A stretch of 64,000 nucleotides of DNA. Source: Deltaproteobacteria bacterium. GTDB taxonomy: Bacteria; Myxococcota_A; Polyangia; Polyangiales; Houyiibacteriaceae. Below, in pieces: positions 54,846 through 63,175 of this stretch. The notes beneath the pieces are model-generated. The model searched no databases, had not been told where the DNA came from, and was given only the letters and a program-made list of their open reading frames with translations. Within the stretch, counting starts at the first letter, position 1; each line of letters begins with the position of its first letter. The stretch is taken from assembly GCA_019313915.1 (NCBI GenBank), contig JAFDAJ010000008.1, positions 5,973 through 69,972 on the forward strand. The letters run 5' to 3'. A program made the position numbers and the translations under genes.

Positions 54846-56146
54846 GTTCCCAACTCGTGCACGACATCGCCCCCGACAATCGTCAGGACGGGCCGCCCCG
54901 TCAGCTCACGACCGAGCAACGGCGTGTTGTGCGACTTGGAGCGTAGCGCTTCTTTGTCGATAATCCATTGGGCGTTCGGATCGAGCACCGTGACGTCCGC
55001 GCGCCGCCCCTCCCGAAGAGAGCCGCCTTCGAAATCCGGGATCAATCGAGCCGGCGCGGTCGAGAGCGCCTCCACGAACCGCAGTGGCTTGAACACTCCA
55101 TCGCGCACCAACTGCAACATCGACCCGATCGCGGTTTCGAGCCCGTTGATCCCAAGCGACGCGGCTTCGAACTCGCAGTCCTTCTCGAGATCGGTGTGCG
55201 GAGCATGGTCGGTTGCGATGCAGTCGATGGTGCCATCAGCGAGCGCTTCTCGAAGGGCCTCGCGGTCTACGTCCTCGCGAAGGGGCGGGTTGACCTTGCA
55301 ATACGTGTCGTAACTGAGGAGCGCCTCGTCTGTCAGCAGCAAATGGTGCGGCGTCACCTCGGCGGACACGCGCAGGCCGCGCGACTTCGCCTCCCGAATC
55401 AGGCGTACGGCGCCGAGGCTCGAAATGTGCGCCACGTGGTACCGGGCGCCCGTGGTTTCAGCCAAAATCAAATCTCGCGCGACGATGACGTCCTCCGCCG
55501 CACGCGGCCAACCTCGCAGCCCGAGCTGGGTAGAGCGCGCACCTTCATGCATCTGCGCCCCTTCGGTGAGGTGATGGTCCTCGCAGTGTTGAGTAACCAG
55601 GAGATCGAAGGTGCGTGCGTATTCCAGCGCATGCCGCATCACCGCCGCGTTCATCACGCACAGGCCGTCGTCGCTGACGCCGATGGCGCCCGCGTCTCGC
55701 AGATCCGCCATCTCGGTGAGCTCGGCGCCTTTTTGCCCTTTGGTGATGGCGCCAAAAGGCAGCAACCGGGCGCCACCGTGTGCTTTGGCGCGCGAGATCA
55801 TCATCTCGGTGATCGCGCGGGTGTCGTTGATCGGCTTGGTGTTGGGCATCGGGCACACGGACGTAAACCCGCCGGCCGCCGCAGCATCCAAGCCGGAGCC
55901 AATGTCTTCCTTGTACTCTTGTCCCGGCTCACGCAGGTGTACGTGCAGATCGACGAAGCCCGGACACACCCAGCGCCCCGACGCATCCACGACGCGAACG
56001 TCTTTGCCAGCCTGATAGCCAGCCCCCGCGTCGCGCCCCACGCTCTTGATGCGTCCCGCTTCGATAACGACGTCGCCGGTTTCATCGAGCCCTTGAGATG
56101 GGTCGAGAACGCGCCCGCCCCGAAGGACGATCAGCTGGGTCACCAT
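54842..56146 (-). CDS. pyrC: Dihydroorotase (multifunctional-complex type, ~430 aa)
   Basis: PGFVDLHVHLREPG metal-binding HxH, DHAPH, and amidohydrolase-fold length. 4-nt overlap with carA. Confidence 0.9.
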   Translation of the reverse strand: MVTQLIVLRGGRVLDPSQGLDETGDVVIEAGRIKSVGRDAGAGYQAGKDVRVVDASGRWVCPGFVDLHVHLREPGQEYKEDIGSGLDAAAAGGFTSVCPMPNTKPINDTRAITEMMISRAKAHGGARLLPFGAITKGQKGAELTEMADLRDAGAIGVSDDGLCVMNAAVMRHALEYARTFDLLVTQHCEDHHLTEGAQMHEGARSTQLGLRGWPRAAEDVIVARDLILAETTGARYHVAHISSLGAVRLIREAKSRGLRVSAEVTPHHLLLTDEALLSYDTYCKVNPPLREDVDREALREALADGTIDCIATDHAPHTDLEKDCEFEAASLGINGLETAIGSMLQLVRDGVFKPLRFVEALSTAPARLIPDFEGGSLREGRRADVTVLDPNAQWIIDKEALRSKSHNTPLLGRELTGRPVLTIVGGDVVHELGT

Positions 56147-56189
56147 AGCGGTCCGCAGTTACGTGACGGACCCAAACCAGTCAACCCGG

Positions 56190-56432
56190 TCAGCCAGCCT
56201 TGAGGTGAAGATCGTCGTCGTCGGCCGCCGCAACGGTGCCAACGGAAGAGGAAAGCTTTGCTTGCGATTTCTTCTCTTCGACGCGCTTCTTCATCGTCAT
56301 GACTTTGCGGTAGACCGCCGCGAAGTCTTTGTTGCGTGTGGCCATCGAGGGGGTGCCTCCGCGCAAGAGGGTTTGCAGGATGAATTCGAGAACTTGAATC
56401 TCGCCTTCGGAGAAACTGTTGCTGATGCGCAT
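56190..56432 (-). CDS. Small hypothetical protein (80 aa) between pilB and pyrC
   Basis: Start taken at MRISNSFSEGEIQVLEFILQTLLRGG (ATG 56432). Basic middle, acidic DDDD tail. Has its own promoter candidate. No recognised family. Confidence 0.45.
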   Translation of the reverse strand: MRISNSFSEGEIQVLEFILQTLLRGGTPSMATRNKDFAAVYRKVMTMKKRVEEKKSQAKLSSSVGTVAAADDDDLHLKAG

Positions 56433-56494
56433 GCGATCGGATCTACCACCGGGACACATGACAATCAGTGACGTGCCATGTAGGGCCATGAGAT

Positions 56495-56522
56495 ATCATA
56501 TGGTTTATAGCTTTGGTGTCCA
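56495..56522 (-). promoter_or_regulatory. Sigma-70-type promoter candidate TGGACA-N16-TATGAT (minus strand) for the 80-aa ORF/pyrC-carA
   Basis: The reverse complement of 56517-56522 is TGGACA and of 56495-56500 is TATGAT. The -10 is embedded in the imperfect palindrome CCATGAGATATCATATGG (56486-56503). Confidence 0.4.
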
Positions 56523-56643
56523 AGCCCCCAGAAGTCACAGATTTCCAGGACTAGCCATACCGCTATCGACGATCGTGGCCCCAGGCTCGAACCTTAGTGC
56601 ATGGTTGACAAACGAATCGAAAGTAGCCGAGCGGCGCGCAGGA

Positions 56644-58347
56644 CTAGTGGTCGGAGGCCGTCACGCGCACGATCTCGTCGATCGTCGTGACGCCCTGAAG
56701 CACCTTGTTGAGCCCGGCCATGCGTAGGGTTGCAACGCCGTCGCGAATCATCTCGTCCTTCACCTCGGCCGTTGACCCGCCCTGAAGAACGATCTCGCGG
56801 AGCCGATCCCTGAAGGGCATGACCTCGTACAGCGCGATTCGACCCTTGTAGCCAGTGTCGTTGCAGACCTTGCAGCCCGTGCCGCGAAAGGCGACGACAT
56901 TTGGAATTTCGTTCTCTGGGAAACCCACATCGAGAAGCACCTGCTCATCGGTGGGTACCTGCACCTTGCACTCTTGGCAGATCTGACGAGCGAGACGCTG
57001 GGCCAGCACGAGGTTGACCGACGCGGTGACCAGAAACGGCTCGACACCCATGTTGAGCAGACGTGTCACCGTGCTCGGCGCGTCGTTGGTGTGGAGCGTC
57101 GACAAGACCAAGTGGCCGGTCAATGCTGCCTTGACGGCAATCTCGGCGGTCTCAAAGTCTCGAATCTCACCGACCATGATGATGTCGGGGTCCTGACGAA
57201 GAAACGACCTAAGAGACGCGGCAAAGTTCAAGCCAATGTCTTCGTGCATCTGCACCTGGTTGATCCCCATCAAGTTGAACTCGATGGGATCCTCGGCTGT
57301 GTTGATGTTCGTCTCGACGTCGTTGAGATCCGACATGGCGGAGTAGAGCGTTGTCGTCTTGCCGGAACCCGTTGGACCTGTGACCAGCACCATGCCGTAC
57401 GGCTGGTGAATCGCGTCGCGGAAATCCGACAGCGGCTTCTGCTCGAAACCGAGCTTCGTCATATCGAGCTGCAGGTTCGACTTGTCGAGCAGACGAAGGA
57501 CGATTTTCTCGCCCCACAGCGTCGGCACCGAAGAAACGCGATAGTCCATCTCGCGACCCTTACCGAGCTTGAGCTTGATGCGCCCATCCTGCGGCAGACG
57601 GCGTTCGGCGATGTCCAGCGAGGACATGATCTTCAAGCGCGATGCGATGGCGTTCTTGAGCTTGATGGGCGGCGTCATTTCCTCGTGGAGCACGCCGTCG
57701 ACACGGTAACGGACGCGAAGCACGCGCTCGTAAGGCTCGACGTGAATGTCGGAAGCGCCTTGCTTGATCGCGTTCAGCAGAATGGCATTGCAAAGCCGGA
57801 CAACCGGCGCGTCCTCGCTGGCCTTCTCGAGATTGAGGAGGTCTTCATCGTCGTCGGCGGTGGCGACTTCGATCTCCGACTCATCGAAGCCGTCCATGAT
57901 GTCTTCGTAGGAAATCTCCGGTTGCGCATACGCTTTTTCAAGCGCCGCGAGGATCGCACTTTCCGACGAAACGACCGGCTCGACGTTGTAGCCGGTGAGA
58001 AACTTCACATCGTCGATCGCGTTGAGGTTCGACGGATCCGCCATCGCGACAATCAGCGAACTGCCTGCCCGGGAGACCGGGATGATCTTGTGGCGTTCGC
58101 AAACCTGCGGACTGATCAGTTTGAGGATCTCTCGGTCGATCTCGTACTCGGAGAGATCGATCGACTGGACGCGATACTGCTCGCTGAGAAAGTCGGTGAT
58201 CTCCTGGTCAGAGATCGCGCCGAGGCGAGCCAGCGCATAGCCGAGGCTGATGTTGTCATCCTTCTGCTGCTTCTGCGCTTCGCGGAGTTGCTCCAGGCTG
58301 ATTCTCTTCTCACGTACGAGAAGCTCACCCAGTCTATTTCTGCTCAT
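56644..58347 (-). CDS. pilB: Type IV pilus extension ATPase PilB (GspE/PilB family)
   Basis: N-terminal GSPII_E domain (LGELLVREKRISLEQLREAQKQQ...), Walker A GPTGSGKTT, Asp/His boxes, tetracysteine motif (CQEC...C..C). Confidence 0.95.
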   Translation of the reverse strand: MSRNRLGELLVREKRISLEQLREAQKQQKDDNISLGYALARLGAISDQEITDFLSEQYRVQSIDLSEYEIDREILKLISPQVCERHKIIPVSRAGSSLIVAMADPSNLNAIDDVKFLTGYNVEPVVSSESAILAALEKAYAQPEISYEDIMDGFDESEIEVATADDDEDLLNLEKASEDAPVVRLCNAILLNAIKQGASDIHVEPYERVLRVRYRVDGVLHEEMTPPIKLKNAIASRLKIMSSLDIAERRLPQDGRIKLKLGKGREMDYRVSSVPTLWGEKIVLRLLDKSNLQLDMTKLGFEQKPLSDFRDAIHQPYGMVLVTGPTGSGKTTTLYSAMSDLNDVETNINTAEDPIEFNLMGINQVQMHEDIGLNFAASLRSFLRQDPDIIMVGEIRDFETAEIAVKAALTGHLVLSTLHTNDAPSTVTRLLNMGVEPFLVTASVNLVLAQRLARQICQECKVQVPTDEQVLLDVGFPENEIPNVVAFRGTGCKVCNDTGYKGRIALYEVMPFRDRLREIVLQGGSTAEVKDEMIRDGVATLRMAGLNKVLQGVTTIDEIVRVTASDH

Positions 58348-58470
58348 ACCTGTTACTTCCCCACCGAGATCCAGCCTTAGTATATTTATTCACAAAACGC
58401 GGCAAGACTCAAGTATAGGCGGATGGGTGTCCTCCGAGGGATCCCATTCATTGCGGCGTCTGCGAGTATG

Positions 58471-58518
58471 AGAGGTAGCTTACCTCTGGAAAAGGGAATT
58501 TCCGAAATCCCTGATTTC
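58471..58518. promoter_or_regulatory. Two short inverted repeats in the pilB / membrane-protein divergent spacer (AGAGGTA-GCT-TACCTCT and GAAATC-CCT-GATTTC)
   Basis: Read directly at 58471-58487 and 58504-58518. Function unknown. Confidence 0.25.
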
Positions 58519-58598
58519 CTGAGCAGTTATGCGGGTTTCTCACGCCGGGTTCGCCATGTTGGGTTGCCGTCGAGCGACCGTCGCGGTACCGAGCGGGA

Positions 58599-59495
58599 GT
58601 GGCGAAGCCAAGAAAGCAAATCACCGCAGCCCCGAAAGACACTGCGGAGGCACTCGAGCAGATTGAGCAGCCCACGATGAACTGGAAGGTGCTGGGCCTC
58701 ATTGGCCTGGCGCTGGCCGTCGTGTGGGTCATTGCCGGCATCCTCCAGCCTACCATTGGCTACGTGGGCTTGATCGTGGCGGGGGTGCTCACCGCCATCG
58801 CGTTGGGCTTTCTGTTTTGGATCTGGCGCCTTACGCGAAAGTCCGCCGACATCGCGGCCATCCTGAAGGGCGCGACCGACAAGGAGGGACGAATCGCGGC
58901 GCTGGAGCAACTTCGCGCGCGGCAAACCCCCGGCGGCAAGGACGCACTCAACGCCATTGCACAGGCACAGCTGGTCGCGCAGGAAACTCCGTCGGAAGCG
59001 ATCCGGATTCTCGAGGGGATTGATATCAAGAAGGCGCCAGCGATGGTCCAAGATGACGTGCGCGCCAACCTCGCGATGTTTTACTTGATGACGGGCCGTG
59101 CGCGCGAAGCACGCGAGCTCGCCAACGAAATACGCCTCGACCGCCAGCCGCAAGCCAAGGCGAAAGCGATGTACGCAGCGGTCGTGGCGGAGGCGCTCGC
59201 CAGAACGGGCGACGCCGAAGAAGCGCACAAGCTTCTCGAAACGTACGATCCCACCGACAAGGAGTTCGGACAGATTTCAGGCATGTTGCTACGCGCACAG
59301 GTCTACACCTATACGGCGACGAAGAAGCGCGGACGCGCACGCACTGCAATGGAGCAGCTTCTCGAAGTGGACCCGAACATGGTGGCTGCATTCGTTCAGA
59401 AGGGGATGCGCCCGGAGCTGAGCCGCCTCGCCAAGCAGGTGCTCTCTGGCGCGGGCGCGCTGCCCAAACCCAAAATGCGTGTTCGTACGCGCTAG
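58599..59495 (+). CDS. Hypothetical membrane protein (two TM helices plus helical, TPR-like C-terminal region)
   Basis: GTG start (ATG 58677 is an alternative). TM helices VLGLIGLALAVVWVIAGIL and VGLIVAGVLTAIALGFLFWIW. No catalytic motif. Confidence 0.6.
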   Translation: MAKPRKQITAAPKDTAEALEQIEQPTMNWKVLGLIGLALAVVWVIAGILQPTIGYVGLIVAGVLTAIALGFLFWIWRLTRKSADIAAILKGATDKEGRIAALEQLRARQTPGGKDALNAIAQAQLVAQETPSEAIRILEGIDIKKAPAMVQDDVRANLAMFYLMTGRAREARELANEIRLDRQPQAKAKAMYAAVVAEALARTGDAEEAHKLLETYDPTDKEFGQISGMLLRAQVYTYTATKKRGRARTAMEQLLEVDPNMVAAFVQKGMRPELSRLAKQVLSGAGALPKPKMRVRTR

Positions 59496-59501
59496 ACGCT
59501 G

Positions 59502-60359
59502 GTGACCTCGCACAGGTGGACAATCCGTGAAGTCCTCGATTGGACGACGCAGGACTTTGCCGGGCGCGGCATAGCCAGCCCTCGGCTCGATGCGGAGCTG
59601 CTGGTCGCCAAAGCCCTCGGAACGGACCGCGTTGGACTCTACCTCGACTTGAACCGACCGCTGGTCGACCAGGAGCGAAGCGCGATCCGGCCGTTGGTGG
59701 CGCGGCGCCGGGAGCGCGAGCCCGTAGCCTATATCCTCGGACACAGGGACTTCTACGGACGGCGTTTCGACGTCAGCCCGGCCGTGCTGATCCCGCGACC
59801 AGACACCGAGACCCTCGTGGAGCACGCACTCGAATGCATCCCCAACGACACAGCATGTCGCGTGCTCGACGTCGGAACCGGCAGCGGAGCCGTTGCGGTG
59901 ACGATCGCGGCTGAGCGACCGCTCTCTTTCGTGACGGCCACCGACATCTCGGACGCCGCGCTCGAGGTAGCGTCGCGAAACGCCGAACGACTCGAAGTGA
60001 ACAGCCGCATTCGCTTCGAACGGGCCGACCTGTTGAGTGGCGCAGAGCAGTACGACGTCATCGTCTCCAACCCGCCGTACATTACGCAGTCGGAGATGGC
60101 GACGCTGCAAACCGAAGTACGGGAACACGAGCCGGTCATCGCGCTGGAGGCGGGCGAAGATGGGCTCGATGTCGTGAGAGCGTTATTGACGGCTGCGGAA
60201 CCGGCGACGGCGCGAGGCGCGCAGATGCTGATCGAGATCGGCGCCGGGCAAGCCGCATCGGTCGTAAGCTTCGCGGCCGAGCACACCGCCTGGCAATCAG
60301 TTGCGGTGTACCCCGACCTCAGTCGTATCGAGCGCGTCGTTCACCTGCGGCGTATCTGA
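59502..60359 (+). CDS. prmC: Release factor glutamine N5-methyltransferase
   Basis: VLIPRPDTE, SAM-binding VLDVGTGSGAV, catalytic NPPY (VSNPPYI). Confidence 0.9.
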   Translation: MTSHRWTIREVLDWTTQDFAGRGIASPRLDAELLVAKALGTDRVGLYLDLNRPLVDQERSAIRPLVARRREREPVAYILGHRDFYGRRFDVSPAVLIPRPDTETLVEHALECIPNDTACRVLDVGTGSGAVAVTIAAERPLSFVTATDISDAALEVASRNAERLEVNSRIRFERADLLSGAEQYDVIVSNPPYITQSEMATLQTEVREHEPVIALEAGEDGLDVVRALLTAAEPATARGAQMLIEIGAGQAASVVSFAAEHTAWQSVAVYPDLSRIERVVHLRRI

Positions 60360-62296
60360 CGCAGCCACAGCTCTGCGAATAACAGGGCAATGGCGAGGAG
60401 AAGCAACCAGGGCGCGAGGGGTTGTTCGACCCCCTTCGACGTGTCGCCAACGACGGTTTCCAGGTTCGCCTGTGGTTCGGGCGGACCCATCGTGACGAGC
60501 TCGCTCTCGCCGGGTGGAGCGTCGACGACAAATGCAAACCGGGCTCCGTTGACGCCATTGACCAGCACCCGGTAGGCACCGATCTCGCCCGTGTCCCGAA
60601 AGGAGACCCGATCGGCTTCCGCCAGATCTACTGTTCGGCCTGTTGGCGTGACCACCTGAATGCGCTGACTCGAGGTGGATCCCGGCAAAGAAACCCCGGC
60701 ATATGGCTCCACGGAATGGTCGGTGCGCCCAGCAAGTCGCAGCAATGTGTCGAGCACGAAGGGCACGAAGACGGGTTGGTACGGCAAGTCGGTCCACGCG
60801 TCGTCGACCGTCGTCGCGAACATGGCGACTCGGCCGCTTCGATACCGGTGTTCCACCAGCGCGGGGGCGCCATCGCTGAAACGGGCTGTCACCAGGGCGT
60901 CGAGCGACACCTCAGCGATGGGGGTACGACCACGCACCTTCGCCTGACTGAGCTCGGGGAGGGCATTCGATTCAAGCGACACCGGCCGCTCCTCCATGCG
61001 CGTCGCCGTGTATCGCCCCGGCAGGAGCTCTCTGAGCACGCTCCCGTATGCGCGGGGGTTGATTCGATCGCCGGCCGTGATCCAAAGGCTGCCTCCGCCA
61101 CTGACGAAGCGCTGAATCAAAGGCAGCCACTTCTCGTCGAGAGTAGCGTTTGCCAACACCAGCACGTCCGAGCGAATGATCGCGCTCTCGGAAAGGTCCT
61201 GCGCGTCGAGCGTTTCGACGGCAAAGAAACGTCCGATGCGAGAGGCAACGTGGAGCGCATGACTCAGGAATGCGGTTTCGCGCTTCCTGGGGTCGGGATG
61301 CGGGTCACCGTCCACGAGCAGGACGTGGACGGTATCGGACCCCAACAGTACGCCGCGGACATTGTCGGCCGGAAGCACGTCATCCGGATCGAGCCGCAGT
61401 TCGACGACCGCGTCTGTGGACCCCGGTGCGATGGAAAGCGTAGCCTCTCCTCCGTCGTCGGTCGCACGCACGGCCGCTCTTTGCGTCTCCCGCCCTTTTT
61501 GGCGTAGGCGAACCTTCTGTGGAGCCTGGGTCGAGGCTCCGGCAATCTGCACATCGAGTCGCAAGCCATCCGCGGACTCCGGCTCCCCAACCACCTCAAC
61601 CGAAGCGATGCGGCGGTTGTCCGGATTCGGCGTGGAGATCACCTCGAAGCCAACTCGAATCCCGCGGGTCGGCCACTCACACTCGTTCGCACGGGCGCCC
61701 GGGGTGAAGTCCGACAGAACCAGCAACCGCCGGTCCGACAGCTCGCTCTCGAGGAGCAGCTCCACCGCCGTTCGGACGGCATCGCACAACGCATCTCCGC
61801 GGGTCGACCGAGGCTCGATTTCGTCGAACACGCGTTCCGCCATCTCCAGTTCGGAGCGCCTCCGGACCCACACGCGCGGAGGGCTGCCCGAAAGGACCAC
61901 CGAAACTTCTGAGCCATCAGGTAGCTTCTGAAGATGCTGGGACGACGACTCGGCGGCCCGCTCAATCAGCGTCTTACCCTCGTGAATGGCTGCCATCGAC
62001 AACGAGTCGTCGAATACAATTGCGAGCGCGTGCTGCCGCTCCAACAAGCTCGACCGTGCAACACGGTACGGTGCCGCTGCCACGAGCACGAGTGCGGCCA
62101 CCATCAATGCGCGCGTGAGCAACAACAACATGTCCACGATGCGCAGTCGGGCCGCCCGCGTCGCGTGGATACGGTGCAGGAACGCGATGGTGGGGAGAGT
62201 CTGTTTGGGAAGCTTCTGCCGCCTAAGAAGGTGGGCGATGATCGGTATCGCGACCGCGACGAGGCCAGCAAGCGCCCATGGAAGACCAAACCCCAC
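60341..62296 (-). CDS. BatA-type protein: N-terminal double-TM domain plus vWA domain
   Basis: N-terminus LPWALAGLVAVAIPIIAHLLRRQ...TIAFL (BatA/aerotolerance N-terminal motif). MIDAS DDSLS (LAIVFDDSLSM). C-terminal TM helix. The 3' end overlaps the prmC 3' end by 19 nt. Confidence 0.8.
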   Translation of the reverse strand: MGFGLPWALAGLVAVAIPIIAHLLRRQKLPKQTLPTIAFLHRIHATRAARLRIVDMLLLLTRALMVAALVLVAAAPYRVARSSLLERQHALAIVFDDSLSMAAIHEGKTLIERAAESSSQHLQKLPDGSEVSVVLSGSPPRVWVRRRSELEMAERVFDEIEPRSTRGDALCDAVRTAVELLLESELSDRRLLVLSDFTPGARANECEWPTRGIRVGFEVISTPNPDNRRIASVEVVGEPESADGLRLDVQIAGASTQAPQKVRLRQKGRETQRAAVRATDDGGEATLSIAPGSTDAVVELRLDPDDVLPADNVRGVLLGSDTVHVLLVDGDPHPDPRKRETAFLSHALHVASRIGRFFAVETLDAQDLSESAIIRSDVLVLANATLDEKWLPLIQRFVSGGGSLWITAGDRINPRAYGSVLRELLPGRYTATRMEERPVSLESNALPELSQAKVRGRTPIAEVSLDALVTARFSDGAPALVEHRYRSGRVAMFATTVDDAWTDLPYQPVFVPFVLDTLLRLAGRTDHSVEPYAGVSLPGSTSSQRIQVVTPTGRTVDLAEADRVSFRDTGEIGAYRVLVNGVNGARFAFVVDAPPGESELVTMGPPEPQANLETVVGDTSKGVEQPLAPWLLLLAIALLFAELWLRQIRRR

Positions 62297-62299
62297 GAC

Positions 62300-63175
62300 T
62301 CACCGGTCCCGCAAGAGTTGGAGCAGCGTGTGCTCGGGCGGCACGTCGGTTCTGGCGAGGAGGTAGCGCCCTCCCGCGGCCACCACCCGGCGTTGACAGG
62401 TTTCGACGAAACGGTCGATCTCCTCCCGGTAGCGACGTCGCAGGCCTTTGGGGTCGACCTCGACGGGCGCCTCTCCTTCGAGCCCTTCGAAGTGCATCGG
62501 TTGCTCGTACGGGAGCTCCAACTCGGCTGGATCCAGGACGTGCAGCACGATGGTCTGATGACCCCGCGCCTGGATCCGAGCAATCGGATCGAGCGCATCT
62601 TTACCGAGATCCAGCAGGTCGCTTGCAATCACCACCAACCCCATGCGGCCCGCGTGCTCGATCAGCTCGTCCAACACGGTGTGCAGCGCGGTGGTGCTCC
62701 CCGGTTGCGCAGGCTCGGCAAGAGTGCGCATCAGATAGTCGAGATGCGCAGGACCCGAGCGTGCCGGTAGTCGGTCTCGGATCGTCTCATCGAAGGTGAT
62801 CAGCGACACGGCGTCGCCTTGGCGCGTAAGAACGTAGGCGAGGGCGGCAAGCAGCGTTGCCGCGTGATCGAGCTTGCTGATATCACCACTTCCCCAGTGC
62901 ATCGATGGCGAGATATCGAGGGCTAGCATTCCGCGAAGCTGAGTCTCGTGCTCGAAGTGCTTAATCGTGTATCGATCCGAGCGGGCATAGGCGCGCCAGT
63001 CGATCAACCGTGGATCGTCGCCCGGTCGATAGGCCCGATGCTCTTTGAATATCGCACTCGCACCACGGTGCGGGCTGCGGTGCATGCCTGCCAACAGCCC
63101 ATCCACTGTGCGCTTGGCCCGAAGCGTGAGCCCAGCCAGACGTACGGCGAGCTCGGGTTCGAGCACGCGGGTCAC
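62300..63175 (-). CDS. DUF58-domain protein (MoxR-associated)
   Basis: HRSPHRGASAIFKEHRAYRPGDDPRLIDWRAYARSDRYTIKHFEHE is the DUF58 signature. 4-nt overlap with the MoxR gene. Confidence 0.85.
   Translation of the reverse strand: MTRVLEPELAVRLAGLTLRAKRTVDGLLAGMHRSPHRGASAIFKEHRAYRPGDDPRLIDWRAYARSDRYTIKHFEHETQLRGMLALDISPSMHWGSGDISKLDHAATLLAALAYVLTRQGDAVSLITFDETIRDRLPARSGPAHLDYLMRTLAEPAQPGSTTALHTVLDELIEHAGRMGLVVIASDLLDLGKDALDPIARIQARGHQTIVLHVLDPAELELPYEQPMHFEGLEGEAPVEVDPKGLRRRYREEIDRFVETCQRRVVAAGGRYLLARTDVPPEHTLLQLLRDR

Noticed and set aside
56577-56600. GGTTCGAGCCTGGGGCC on the minus strand, resembling a tRNA T-arm/acceptor end.
   Set aside because: The flanking bases cannot form a T-stem (TAAGG versus CTGGG), and no acceptor stem, anticodon arm or D-arm could be built. 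I found no tRNA-like cloverleaf in any intergenic spacer.
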